Part shown: positions 46,158 to 58,079 of the stretch, piece after piece
Layout: each line of letters starts with the position of its first letter
Position numbering within the stretch: the first letter of the stretch is position 1
Origin: Malacoraja senta
Lineage: Eukaryota
Length of the DNA stretch: 64,000 nucleotides
Assembly (NCBI GenBank): GCA_038087875.1
Contig: CM075984.1
Span: 48,174,001-48,238,000 of the forward strand
Direction of reading: 5' to 3'
Translations under genes and position numbers: made by a program
The notes under the pieces: model-generated
Databases searched by the model: none
What the model was told of the DNA's origin: nothing
Seen by the model: the letters and a program-made list of their open reading frames with translations, nothing else

Positions 46158-46721
46158 ACAGCAACTCCCACCTCCAATGTAAAAACATCTGCCTTCTTAC
46201 TGGAGCCTGAGCACACTTTTTAAACCCATCCTTCATTTGAATCCTGTCTGAATTAATGGGATGGGAATCTTGTACATGAGCTTTAATGTCATTAAAATCA
46301 ATTTGTTCTCTACAAAAGTTTTCATAATTTCTCTTTAATTTCATTAACCAATGAACTACAAAAATAGTTAAGGGCTAAGATCAAGCATTAAAAAATATAC
46401 ATTATAAAGTTATACATTAAAAAGTGAACTGCAGAATGTAATTTAGCTTCTTCATACCTGCACATCTACCTTGCATTACTAAACTAATCATTAAAAAATA
46501 ATATAGTGGAAATCCACATGTCAGTTAAACTTAATAGTCATGCAGTACGGAAATGGGCCCTTCAGCACCAAAGTGCCACGCCGACCAAGATGCCCCATCT
46601 ACACTATTCCCACCTAACTGCATTTGGCCCATATCCATCTTAACCTTTCCTATCTATGGACTTGTTCAGTGGTTTTTGGATGGAAATAAGCTTGAAAAAT
46701 TGTGGTAAATTGAAAACCCCA

Positions 46722-47948
46722 TTATTTATTAAATATAGGAAAAGAATCTGTCAGTTGAGCAAAAAAATTAGTTAGCATTTGTACAGAATGTTGTAAAGTA
46801 GCATTTAAAAAATGAACACCAGCAAAAAATTCTACTATAGTGTCACTTAATATGTTCAGCTGTGGGAAATTAAGAACCGTGGTACTGAAAACAGCAACCC
46901 AGTATTCCTTAAACAAAATGCTCTGTAGTAACAAGAGGAATAAAAATATAACTGTAATCATAAGTCTTGGAGAAAATCCTTTTTGCTTGATATACATTGC
47001 AATACGTTTATTCCAGTGGATTTCCAAAAAATCTGTTGTTTGCAGAATTGGTGCTTCTTTAATATGGCCGACTGTGACCTTGGACCATTTCTCAGTCAGA
47101 AATTGTTGTGTCTGTGAGTGCATATTCAACGGGTGAATGACTGGAAGCTGTGTCTTCATCAATGCGTTTGCTCTCTGACGGAATGTGTGAATTTTCTCCA
47201 GGTACATCAAGGGATCCTCTTCCTCTTCTACATATGTGCTGAATGTTATAAGGTTGTGCTGCTCTTCCTTAAATTCCTTCATTTTCTGAATTAGTTGATC
47301 ATATTCATTTGTGATTTTTAAGTTGACATCAGCTAAAATTGCCAGAAGAGCATGCTTTTTTGTTTCTATAGTTTTTTGAAGATCTTCAAAATATTGGTTG
47401 ACTATTACTTTATCATCTTGAAGTATGTGTTCAGCTTGCAATTTCTGATGCTCCAGTTTTTCGATGAACATGGATAAGTCTGCCCAATGTTTATCAGTAA
47501 GCTGGTCAACAAGTTTGCTAGCTTGCTCCTTTTCTTTAACATAAGCATTGTGAAGATTATCAACGGAATGACTTTGATGCTGGCCCACTGTTAAGCAATA
47601 ACCACACACCAGTTTACGATCCAACAAACAGAACATGTTTAATGGCTGCTGGTGTTCGGGGCATTTGGGAGACTTTGGCTGTTCTTTCTGATATTTCTCA
47701 ATAATTCCCATCAGTGAAAAGTTTATGGGTAAAGAGACAGTGCCCATGGCTGGAAGATCCACAACACTCCTACAAGTTGGACATTTCAGTGGGATCTGCG
47801 GAGGTCGCCAAATGGAGACATTTCCTGATTCGTGGATAATAGTCTCCAAGCACGTTCTGCAAAAGGTGTGAGAACAAGGCAACACGCGAGGGTCTTCAAA
47901 GATAGAGTAACATACGGAACAAGTTAAGTCCTCTTCAAAATTATCCAT
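46722..47948 (-). CDS. TRIM59: Tripartite motif-containing protein 59 (RING, B-box, coiled coil, C-terminal TM), 408 aa, single coding exon
   Basis: MDNFEEDLTCSVCYSIFEDPRVLPCSHTFC RING; CPEH..C..D..CGYC...H..H B-box; hydrophobic LMITVIFLFLLLLQSILF. True ATG at 47948 follows acceptor ttgcag|gtaaat (exon starts 47954). Convergent with SMC4, as in the known vertebrate gene order. Confidence 0.93.
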   Translation of the reverse strand: MDNFEEDLTCSVCYSIFEDPRVLPCSHTFCRTCLETIIHESGNVSIWRPPQIPLKCPTCRSVVDLPAMGTVSLPINFSLMGIIEKYQKEQPKSPKCPEHQQPLNMFCLLDRKLVCGYCLTVGQHQSHSVDNLHNAYVKEKEQASKLVDQLTDKHWADLSMFIEKLEHQKLQAEHILQDDKVIVNQYFEDLQKTIETKKHALLAILADVNLKITNEYDQLIQKMKEFKEEQHNLITFSTYVEEEEDPLMYLEKIHTFRQRANALMKTQLPVIHPLNMHSQTQQFLTEKWSKVTVGHIKEAPILQTTDFLEIHWNKRIAMYIKQKGFSPRLMITVIFLFLLLLQSILFKEYWVAVFSTTVLNFPQLNILSDTIVEFFAGVHFLNATLQHSVQMLTNFFAQLTDSFPIFNK

Positions 47949-48490
47949 ATTTACCTGCAATTAAAGAATTAAAACTCATCAGCAGCTGATGTGATTAAAA
48001 TCATAAGCTTCCCCATCTCAAAGCATTTCCCAGAAGGAAAAATAAGCCAATGAGAACAGAAGTTAATGAAAATTTGTTCTAACTTTCAAGAAGGTTAAAG
48101 CCAAAATTCTTTCAACACTAAGTGGATGGCAGGAAAGATGTTTGCAAGATGACGGATGAAAAAGAGGGTGAGGCTGAAAGAATTTTCTGAAAGTTTATCA
48201 AGGCGACAATTTAAATTTGAGGTTCCCTCAAAAATAGGTTTACGAATCGAGTGAAAAGTAACTGCAGTTTGCCACACACCCCAGTGAAACAAAAGGCAAT
48301 TAGTATTTCTGAGGAAGATTTTTAAAATCAAGATAAACATGCAGAAACAAAGGTTGAAAGGAGAAAATATTCTGGCTACATGAAGTTTAATACCGAGTAG
48401 TTTTAAATTTCCTGCATAACAATACATAATCATGGTTAAAATCCTCACTGAGCTGTTAGTAGCCAGAGTGTGAACTCAAGGATCACCGCT

Positions 48491-48582
48491 CACTGAAGGG
48501 TCCCGACCCGAAATGTCACCCATTCCTTCTCTCCAGAGATGCTGTTTGTCCCACTGAGTTACTCCAGCTTTTTGTGTCTATC
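48491..48582 (+). mobile_element. Penelope-derived short repeat, single unit
   Basis: CTGAAGGGTCCCGACCCGAAATGTCACCCATTCCTTCTCTCCAGAGATGCTG...; same family as 28080-28428. Confidence 0.65.
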
Positions 48583-50511
48583 ACCGCTCGCTTATTTGCA
48601 ATTCCGTGTTTGAAATAAATGAGACATTTCCTCCGATTCTGAAAGATGTGTAATTGACGGGGTTGTGAAGAGCATTTTACAAATGCAAGTCTTATTCCTA
48701 TTTTATCAATAAACAAGCTAATGCAATGAAGACGGCTACCTAAAAATGCTCCGTAGGACCATGCCATTTATGGTGTATGCACAAACCTCATTAATACTTC
48801 TGAAATGCATCACCACACGTTTATCAGGGTTAAACTCTGTCTTGCCACCATCACTACGCTCTCTCCACACTGTCAACAACTACAGCAATCTTTCACATTT
48901 ACAGATCATGTCCCCTACATTAATATTCAAATAATTCCCATACTACAAATAGCAAGCACCCCTGCACCGGTTCCTGGGATTAAATTTCATTTGCCATATT
49001 TCTGCTTAATAGGCTGGGCTATCTATTCCTTCCTAATCTTACAACATTCCTTTATATTTTACCATGTTTATCCCATTCAGTATTTCATGCTCATCCTCAA
49101 CTGCAGCACTAGCATCCTCTTAAAGACAACTGCAGACTGTTCATTATCCATATTCTCCACTTTCAGGTTACTGTTTTTAATCTCTAATGGTTATTCTCAT
49201 GCAATTTGTGTACACACATTAAAATCTCCTTGGATTTTATATTGTGCATAATACACTACTTCATTTCTGTTTGTTTCATTTCTATACATTCAAACATCCT
49301 ATTTGGCTTTCCACTGCTTTCACTTTTTGGTATCTCACATACGTTTGTATAGCCTTATCTTACCTCTCCATATGGCAGCTGCACCTTGTGGGAATATCTG
49401 CCCTAAACAGCCCAAGTATTCTTGAATCCCACCCTTTGCTCTGGGACGGATTTATCTTCAAATAGCTAATCCCACTACAGTAAACCAAGTAAGCTTTCTC
49501 CAACTCGGACCCTTTACGCCGTTGTTCTCTTTCAAAACAATGCTAAATCTTACCAAAGTCTAAATTAAAAGTGCCATGTCTTTGATGTTGTCACTTTACC
49601 CAGCTTCAGTTCTTAACGCTAAATCCATAATTGCACCCCCCCCCCAAACCTAGGAAAGTGGGATTGCTATGCATCAGCTATAATAGGTGTCTGAAATTAC
49701 CTTTCTTGCTGACTATAGAGAATGTGGAAATTACCACCTCAGAGCTTATTATTTTCTAACTCTTTAAACCTCCATACAGATCATCAGGCCCTTTTCTATC
49801 TTGCTGGCACCGATGTAACCCACGCTAGCAAACACATGCGATTTCTGATCCTTATCTCAATTTCATCCCAAATCAACATTCCATTAATTTGCAACAATTC
49901 TTCTAGACATAACTGAAACATGCACATGGTTATGTTGCAATCAACCACAAAAGAGAATAGACAAATAGCATTTGAACTAAAGTGAAATTTCACTTCCAGT
50001 TCAAAGCTACTGCCTCACTCCCATACCCCATCTTGTCCAAGAACATCGTACAACCACAGGTTTGGATGAAATGTCTCTCATATTTTGATGTCAATGTCCA
50101 TTCATCAACAATATTAAACATGGACTGATCATGATCTGCAGAAAGGGTGCAACTAAAAACGTCACCTATTCCTTTTCTCGAATCGCTGCCTGACCTGCTA
50201 TGTTACTTCCGCATTTTGTGTCTATCTTCGGTGTAAACCAGTGCCTGCAGTTCCTTCTGATACATGGACCGATCATCTGCCCAACTGCCATTTCTTGGAG
50301 TTTGCTATAGACAGGCTGCTACATTTTTACATTACACTTTAAAAAGTAGTTCATTAGCTGTAACGGTTTAGGTTTATTATTGTCACGTGTACCGAGGTAC
50401 AGTGAAAAGCTTTGTTTTGCATGCTACCGAACAGAGCAGACAATAGACAGAATTATGTCCTGCATGGATAAGACAAGTTTGGAGGGCTATGGACCAAATG
50501 CAGGCAGGTGG

Positions 50512-50719
50512 TGTAGATGAGATGTGCATGTACCTTTAACATAGTGACCTCACCACTCCCCACATCACCAGTATAATTACAACCTTCCCACCCAGTTCTC
50601 TCTCTCTCTCTCTGGTTCCCGTGACAGACCACGGACAGCTAGGGCAGAAACGTATGTGTATAATGTGTAGTATGAATAAACGGTAGTAAAGAAACAGTGC
50701 GTTATGACACATCTTTACA
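50512..50719 (+). repeat. 5' LTR
   Basis: Direct repeat of 52625-52833. Confidence 0.95.
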
Positions 50720-50801
50720 TGCTGTCAGCCCCGTACCTATGCGCCTCCTGTTTATCGGGTTTTCTTTCTTTTGAACCGTTTTCCTATTTTGTTTTTTTAT
50801 C

Positions 50802-52320
50802 TCCCGCACCATGACCCCTGCCGAGCAGCGCTAAGCTCAGATAGAGAAGGAGCTGCTTGCTGTGGTGTTTGCCTGCTCCAAGTTCAAGGACTATATCCTG
50901 GGCACCAGTTTCACGATCGAAACCGACCATCAGCCGCTGGTCTCTATCCTCAACAAGCCCATCCACGTTGCCGCGTCCCGGTTGCAGTGCATGATGCTAC
51001 AACTCCAGCGTTTTAGGTTTAAAATTGTGTATCGCAAGGGCAAGGACATGTTCGTGGCCGACACGCTGTCCCGCGCACCAACGTCCACTGATCGCCATCC
51101 ATATGAATCGTCCGACCTGATGGTGCTTAACGTCAACATCGTGCCTTCCTAGCAAATGCAGTCCCTGGTCAGCAACACTGCCAAGTACCCTGCCCTGCAG
51201 CAGCTTGCCGACGTCATCAGGCAGGGCTGGCCAGACCGTCGTTCATCCTTGCCGCCTGGGGTCGTGCCCTACTTCCTGGTCCGTGACGAGCTTGTGCTGC
51301 ACGACGGCGTGGTCGTGAAGGGACACAAGGTCGTTGTGCCTGCTGCCCTGCGGGACCAATAATTTCATACCGCCCACGGCGGTCACCCTGGGACCGAGGC
51401 AACCCTGTCTCAGGCCCAGAGTTTGTTCTACTGGCCCGGCATGGCCCAAGACATCCGGGAGAGGGTCTCCGCTTGCTCGGTCTGCAATAGCCTCGCTCCC
51501 CATCAGCAACGGCAGCCGCTTCTGCAACATCCTGCCCCCGAGCTGCCCTGGATGACCGTTGCCGCTGACATTTTTGAGTGGCGTGGAAAGCATTTCCTGG
51601 TTCTTGTGGACTCATACTCCAGCTGGTTCGAGGTGGACCAGCTGCACTCCCGAACCTCTTCGGCCGTTATCGGCAAGCTGCGCCACCACTTCGGAACCCA
51701 TGGCACCCCGGCAAGTCTTCAATCGGACAACGGCGGCCAGTTCTCGAGCGCAGAATTTCGGAGTTTCGCTCCCAGTTGGAACTTCCGACACTACACCAGC
51801 AGCCCAGAGTACCCACAAAGCAACGGGTTGGCAGAGCGCGCTGTCCGCAGTGCTAAGGACTTGCTGGAACATTGTAGACTGTCCCATTCTGATTTTTACT
51901 TGGCCCTCCTCAATCTTCGAAACATTTGCCGCGACACTGCCTTGGGCTCCCCAGCTCAACGGCTGATGTCTCACACTACGAGACCTCCGATCCCGGTATC
52001 CCAGCGGTCCCTTGTTCCCTCGGTCCTCCGTCCCGCTGCCGTCCAGGAGCGCATTGGCCTCAAACAAGAAATCCAACGGCGCTCCCACGACAAGTCTTGT
52101 CGTCCTCTCCCGCTTCTGCTCTCAGGCCAAGTCGTCCGAATGCAATCCCCCTCCGGCCACCTCAGGCTAGCCATCGTCGTCGGTACTGCTGGTTCGCCGC
52201 CGTCCTACCTTGTCAACCATGACGGTACCATTTACCGCCGGTCCCGGCAACATCTGCGGCTTGTTAACGAGACACCACCACCGCCTGTGGATCCCTTTCC
52301 CCCCCATTGTCGACAACACT
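50802..52320 (+). pseudogene. Gypsy pol remnant (RNase H-integrase)
   Basis: One frame with in-frame stops at 50832, 51150 and 51360; integrase core AADIF / SDNG / NGLAERAV intact. Confidence 0.85.
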
Positions 52321-52624
52321 GCCTGCCCCTCCGGCCGGTCCTCCCTCGCCTGCCCGTCTTCCCGCTACTGCTCCTGCTTCCCCTGCTCCTTCTCCATTTT
52401 CTCGTTCTCCTCCCGGTTCCCCGGTTCTCTCCCCCGCGCCGGCTCCTGCTCATGCTCCGCCTGCAGAGGGGGGAGATGGCGAAATGCGTACCTGGTACGG
52501 GCGGGTGGTCAGGCCGCCTATCCGTTATGGTGAATTTGTTTAACTGTTTGCTCAACTGCTCGTAGCGTATGAGACATGGTCGCCCTGTCACTTCGGTATT
52601 GCTTATTATTTCCAAGGGGAAGGA

Positions 52625-52833
52625 TGTAGATGAGATGTGCATGTACCTTTAACATAGTGACCTCACCACTACTAACCACTCCCCACATCACCAGTATAAT
52701 TACAACCTTCCCACCCAGTTCTCTCTCTGTGGTTCCCGTGACAGACCACGGACAGCTAGGGCAGAAACGTATGTGTATAATGTGTAGTATGAATAAACGG
52801 TAAAGAAACAGTGCGTTATGACACATCTTTACA
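52625..52833 (+). repeat. 3' LTR
   Basis: Direct repeat of 50512-50719, preceded by the PPT. Confidence 0.95.
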
Positions 52834-55198
52834 GGTGGGTCTAGTGTAGCTGGGACATGTTGGCCGGTGTGGGCAAGTTGGGCCAAAGGGCCTGTTTGCA
52901 CACTGTATCACTCTATGACTATGTCAAACTCGAGTACGATAGAGCAACTGGGCAAATACAGTTCAGAATATAATTCTTAACATTGTTGCGCATCAGTTCC
53001 ATTGACAAAGCTCAATATCCACAATTGGGTAGAGGTGAATTGGACAATGCCCCAGCCCCACTCAGAAGCCTAATACAAAGGGGGTAGAAGCTGTTCCTCA
53101 GTCTGGTGGTGCACGCTTTTAAGAGTCATACAGCATGGAAGCAAAGCCTTTAGACCAACTTGCCCATGCTGACTAGGTTTTATAACTGAGTTAGTCCAAT
53201 TTGCCTGCATTTGGCACAAATCCTTCTGAACCCTTCCTATGCCTCTGAATCCTTCCTATCAAAGTACCTGTCCAAATTTTGCTAATGCACCACCCCCTAC
53301 AGGTTCACTTGGCCGCTTGTTCCATATACATATCATCCTCTGCGTGAAGAAATTACCCCTCAAGTCCCTTAGGGACATTCTGAAAGGGATATTGAAGGTA
53401 CTTTATGATGCAAGTAAACTACTATGTTAAATAACCCATTAAAGTGTAATAAGGACAATGTTGCACAGCAACTATTTTGTAACAGACTGAAATACAAATC
53501 AAACTAGCCCACGGATCCATACTGCAACAGGATATGTACTTATGGAACGGCACATCATAGAGATAAATCACATTTGAAGACACCTTGATATTTGTAAATT
53601 ACAATGGGTCACAATTATTACCTCAAAGTAAGCAGAAATACAAGCGTTCCCTGTTTTTTAAATTTGAATTATTATTTATATAATGCTTTATCTATGACAA
53701 AGATGGTGGGCAACTCAGGCCTGTAAGTTGTATGGCATAAAGTCCCATATCATATGAGATGACCTTTAGTGGAACTAATCTATTCTATAATATTAACCAT
53801 TTTAACAAGAGGAGCTTTTAACCCAGATTTATCAACTCATGTATATGTGCCTATTGCAAGATTCCGTTGTGGGTTCTACAAAATTACATTGAAACTATTT
53901 CTATGATTTTACAAAATAATTATTTGTACATGCAACTACATTTTCCAAACTGAATTTATCTAGTTTAAAGTATTAACCCCTCACTATTCCATAAGTAACT
54001 ATTTAATAAACAGCAAAACGCAAAGTGTTGGAGGAATTAATCAGGACAGGAAGCATCAGTGGAGGGAATGGACAGTTGACGTTTCTGGTCAGTTTGAAGA
54101 ATGGTCCTGACCTGAAATGTCGTCTGGCCATTCCCTCCCTAGTAGCTGTTTTACCTGCTGAATTCCTCCAGCACTATATTTTGCTCAAGATTCCGGCACC
54201 CGCAATTTCTCATGTGCCCATGCTATAAATCGGTCAAGGCTTTTGGACCAAAGCAGTCAAAACATCTGAGGCCAAGTCTGTCATTATCTAACTTCTATAG
54301 TTGTGTATTTGGCATGTATCAACCATAAACACCAGCACAGACCAATCACACCAAGTCCTGTTTTTCTCCCGTATGTTTTATTTAACATATAAAATGGATA
54401 TTGACCTGCACTTAAGGTTCATTGAAGTCAACCTCTAATCATACTCGCATTGAAAAGCGATGCAGACTAGCTATGAGATCAAATATAACATTAGTTCCAA
54501 TCTGCTGTCACTTACAGAATCATTTGGGGAACTTAAATTGACATGTTTTTGACACCTGCTGTTCCAAAACAATGTGCTACCTAAAGCAGTAACTCAGGAG
54601 CAATTTGTCAATATCATTTTCTACGCCATTGCCTTTATGACAAGAAAGATTAGTTTTGAATGTGCAGCAATAAATGTTATTGGAGAAATTCTGTCCACAA
54701 ATCTATAAGGACTCACAGTGTTATGTAGTCAGAAAATCTGTGAGCCTGGAAAAAATAATCAGTATACAATTATCAGTTTTACCAAGTGGGCTCAGATTTT
54801 ATTTCGTGAGTTTTGAAATTTAAGCCGAGTAATGGTGACTGAGGGCAAATTCACAGGGAAATAATAGTAAATAATTATTTCTGGTTCTTGAGAAGCTGCT
54901 TGTTATCTGCTGGCCTAGATTCAACTACAAATACAATTACATGGAAATCTGCCTTTATAAAAATACAAAGGAGCTTTGTAAACACATTAAGAGTGTTCAG
55001 GAGCCTTCCTTAGCTTAAATGTTGCCACATCGAAATATAATCGACGTTATAGCTAAGTTAAGAAGAGAAGGCACACCACAATTTGTTAGGAAAGTTTAAC
55101 CTGGCAACCAGTTGAACTGTTTTCCTAGGAAATCCCTTTATAACAACAGACATATACTGGTGGTTCTAAATCTAATAAAAGCCTTGGTCAATTGTATG

Positions 55199-55390
55199 TA
55201 AGAAGGAACTACTGATGCTGGTTTACACCGAAGATAGACACAAAATGTTGGAGTAACTTAACGGGTCAGGCAGCATCTCTGGAGAAAAGGAAACGGTGAT
55301 GTTTCGGGTCGAGGTCCTTCATCAGACTAAAAGTCAGGGAGATTCAGTCTGATGAAGCATCTCGATTTGAAATGTCATCTATTCCTTGGT
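55199..55390. mobile_element. Penelope-derived short repeat, inverted pair
   Basis: Same family; CTGATGA...GAAA cores on both strands. Confidence 0.65.
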
Positions 55391-56517
55391 CATTTGTAAT
55401 TCTATTAGACACGGCTTCATCCCTTATTCCTAATTATGCATTTCAAAAATGTGGACTTCAAAAATGTCACAGGATATTTATACACAATTCTCTCCCGATG
55501 AAAAGTGACAAGCCCATTTTCGTAAGAATACAGGAAAAAAATATTTGTAGCAATTATTGACATAGTTTGTGTTTCATTAATGAATATAGTAGTGCTTTCC
55601 TTGATATAGGAGAAAGTGGGCCGAGTCCACTGGACATGTCTCTTGCCTCGCCCCTGACATCTGACAAAGGTAGGTAAAGAAATCGTTAAGCAGATTCAAT
55701 ATGTGAAGTTTTATTCTTCAGCATTGTTGGATGGAGTGGAAAAGTAACATGAGAATCTCCACACTGAATGCGATTCCAGAAGAGAGTGAGATGATGGCAT
55801 TGAAAAGTAACAGCTTTGCAGAAATTATGAGAACACAACTTTGTATTGACAGAATGTGCAGGTTGAAAGCATCTTGAAAGCCAGAAGGGTATTACATAAT
55901 GATTTTTTTTATCTATTGAACTACAGAAATTCCTGGCCTACAGCCCCATAACTGCTCATTTGATTTGGTGTCTGTTGAAATCAAGGCATTCTGTAGCATT
56001 ATTGTTACAAACAGGCAAAAATAAAATTAAACTACCACCGTGAAACTTTTTATTCGGTGAGTGAACTTTGGGCACCACTGACAAAGGCGGTGTCCATTCC
56101 TACTCGCCCTTCAGAAGATGATGATGAGATCTTCATGAATTGCCGCAATCCCTGTGGTGAAGACACTTCCTTAGTACTGTTGGGTAGGTTGTTCCAGAAT
56201 TTAAAATTAGTGAAGACATAGAGAGGATAGACGGTGAGAACCTTTTTTATCAAAGATTTGAGGACATAGCTTTAAGGTAAAAGGGACAAGTTATTTTATA
56301 GAGGATGGTGGGTGTCTGGAACATAGTGGCAGAGGCAGATAAGAAAGTGGCTTTCAGATAGGCACATTGATATGGAGGGATATGGTCACATGCAGGCAGA
56401 TGAGATTAATTTAGCTTGGCATCGTGTTTGTCACAGACATTATGGGCTGAAGGGCCTATTCCTGTGCTGTACTTTTCCATGTTCTATGTTTATGAATGGT
56501 TATATATTTTCCATAAA

Positions 56518-57018
56518 GGATGGTGAACACTGCCCAGTCCATCACCGGCTCTGACCTTCCCACCATCGAAGGGATTTACTAGAATCGCTGCCTCAAAAAG
56601 GCAGCCAGCATAATCAGACGCATACCACCCCTGCCATCAGGAAGAAGGTACAGGAGCCTGAAAACTGTAATTTCCAGGTTCAGGAACAGCTTCTTCCCTA
56701 CAGCCATTAGGCTGTTAAACACAACAACCTCAAATAAGCTCTGTACTATAGAGGCTATTATTGTTNNNNNNNNNNNNNNNNNNNNNNNNNNNNNNNNNNN
56801 NNNNNNNNNNNNNNNNNNNNNNNNNNNNNNNNNNNNNNNNNNNNNNNNNNNNNNNNNNNNNNNNNNNNNNNNNNNNNNNNNNNNNNNNNNNNNNNNNNNN
56901 NNNNNNNNNNNNNNNNNNNNNNNNNNNTGATTTTTTTTTCTCTTGTTTATTATATTGTTTACAGTGTACTATGTTTACATATTCTGTTGTGCTGCTGCAA
57001 GTAAGAATTTCATTGTTG
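56518..57018 (+). mobile_element. Rex1-like LINE 3' fragment spanning the N-run
   Basis: Similar to the reverse complement of 34780-34975 (CCCACCATCGAAGGGAT...GCTGCCTCAAAAAG...TTCAGGAACAGCT). Confidence 0.7.
56766..56927. other. Assembly gap or masked run (162 N)
   Basis: Directly visible. Confidence 1.
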
Positions 57019-57561
57019 CCGCTGCTTTAGTCTTCCACAATTCTGGGAGGAGCAAGTATCAACATTATGCTTACCTGCAAGTGAGTTGGGGACAATATGT
57101 CAGGGAAGATTGCTCTGGGGTCATTCACCAACCAGCTGATTCACAACCATAGCCCACAATAATTTGGCAAATCCTTCATTGTACTTCGTAATATTTCTAA
57201 GCCACCATGTGCTAGGTATATAAAGAAACACAACAATACATGAAAATCAAAAAACTGCAGAAGCTTGAAATCTGAAATAAAAACAGAGAATTTTGAAAAC
57301 GCACTGTCGATCTTGGGCCTGTTTCTATTTCCAAAAATGTAACAATATTAAGTAGTGGTCCAGTTTCTCGTGTTGTTGTCATTCGTAACAATGCCCATAG
57401 TTAAACCCTGGATTACAGCCTTCAAAACAATGGTTGAGAAAAGATTTCATCAGTCACCTCAGTTTTGTTTTTGTCCACAAATTCTAGGTTAGCCAGAAGC
57501 ATTTGTTTATAAAAACACAAAGTTATGATTGTTCTAGAGGTAGCAAGATCTCCCCCTCTCT

Positions 57562-57992
57562 CAGGACTCGAGGGCCTGAGCTATAGGGAAATGTTGAGCA
57601 GGCTAGGACTTTATTCCTTAGAGCACAGGAATATGGGGGGTGATCTTATAGAGGTGTACAACAATCTGAGAGGAATAGATAGGCTGAATGCACAGAATCT
57701 TTTGAAGATAACAGGACATAGGTTTACGGTGAGGGGAGAAACATCTAATAGGAACCCAAGGGGTAACTTTTGTTTATTCAAAGGGTGGTGGGTATATGGA
57801 ACAAGCTGCCAGATGGGGTAGTTGAGGCAGGTACTATCATAACGTTTAAGAGACATATGGGCAGGTACATGGATAAGATAGGTCTAGAGGGTTATGGGCC
57901 CAGGGCGGGCAGGTGAGACTAATATAGATGGGGCATGTTGGTCGGCATGGGTAAGTTGGGCCGAAGAGCCCGTTTTCATACTGTATGAATCT
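57562..57992 (+). mobile_element. CR1 LINE 3' fragment
   Basis: GLEGLSYRE.L.RLGLYSLE.R..GDLIEVY motif and CR1 3' UTR (GGGCCGAAGAGCCCG). Confidence 0.85.
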
Positions 57993-58079
57993 GACAATCC
58001 TTTGGATTGGCGCGATAACGAATGTGATTATTTTACATGCTTGAGTTAATGCAGCCTGCTTTACGATTTATTTGCAGCC

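Larger units (their letters stand above)
50512..52833 (+). mobile_element. Ty3/Gypsy LTR retrotransposon with internal deletion (RNase H and integrase remain), in the TRIM59 intron
   Basis: LTRs 50512-50719 and 52625-52833 (TGTA...TACA); 5-bp TSD GGTGG; PBS-like TGCTGTCAG; PPT AAGGGGAAGGA; RNase H IEKELLA..TDHQPL..ADTLSR; integrase HHCC and D,D,E motifs. Confidence 0.95.

Noticed and set aside
47949-47960. ORF-track start of TRIM59 at 47960 (MQVN...)
   Set aside because: TTG start inside the splice acceptor; the real ATG is at 47948
52320-52565. Leu/Pro-rich extension of the 380-aa integrase ORF resembling a TM or env segment
   Set aside because: Frameshifted read-through into a C-rich tail; no env motifs
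56761-57030. ORF across the N-run
   Set aside because: Artefact of ambiguous bases
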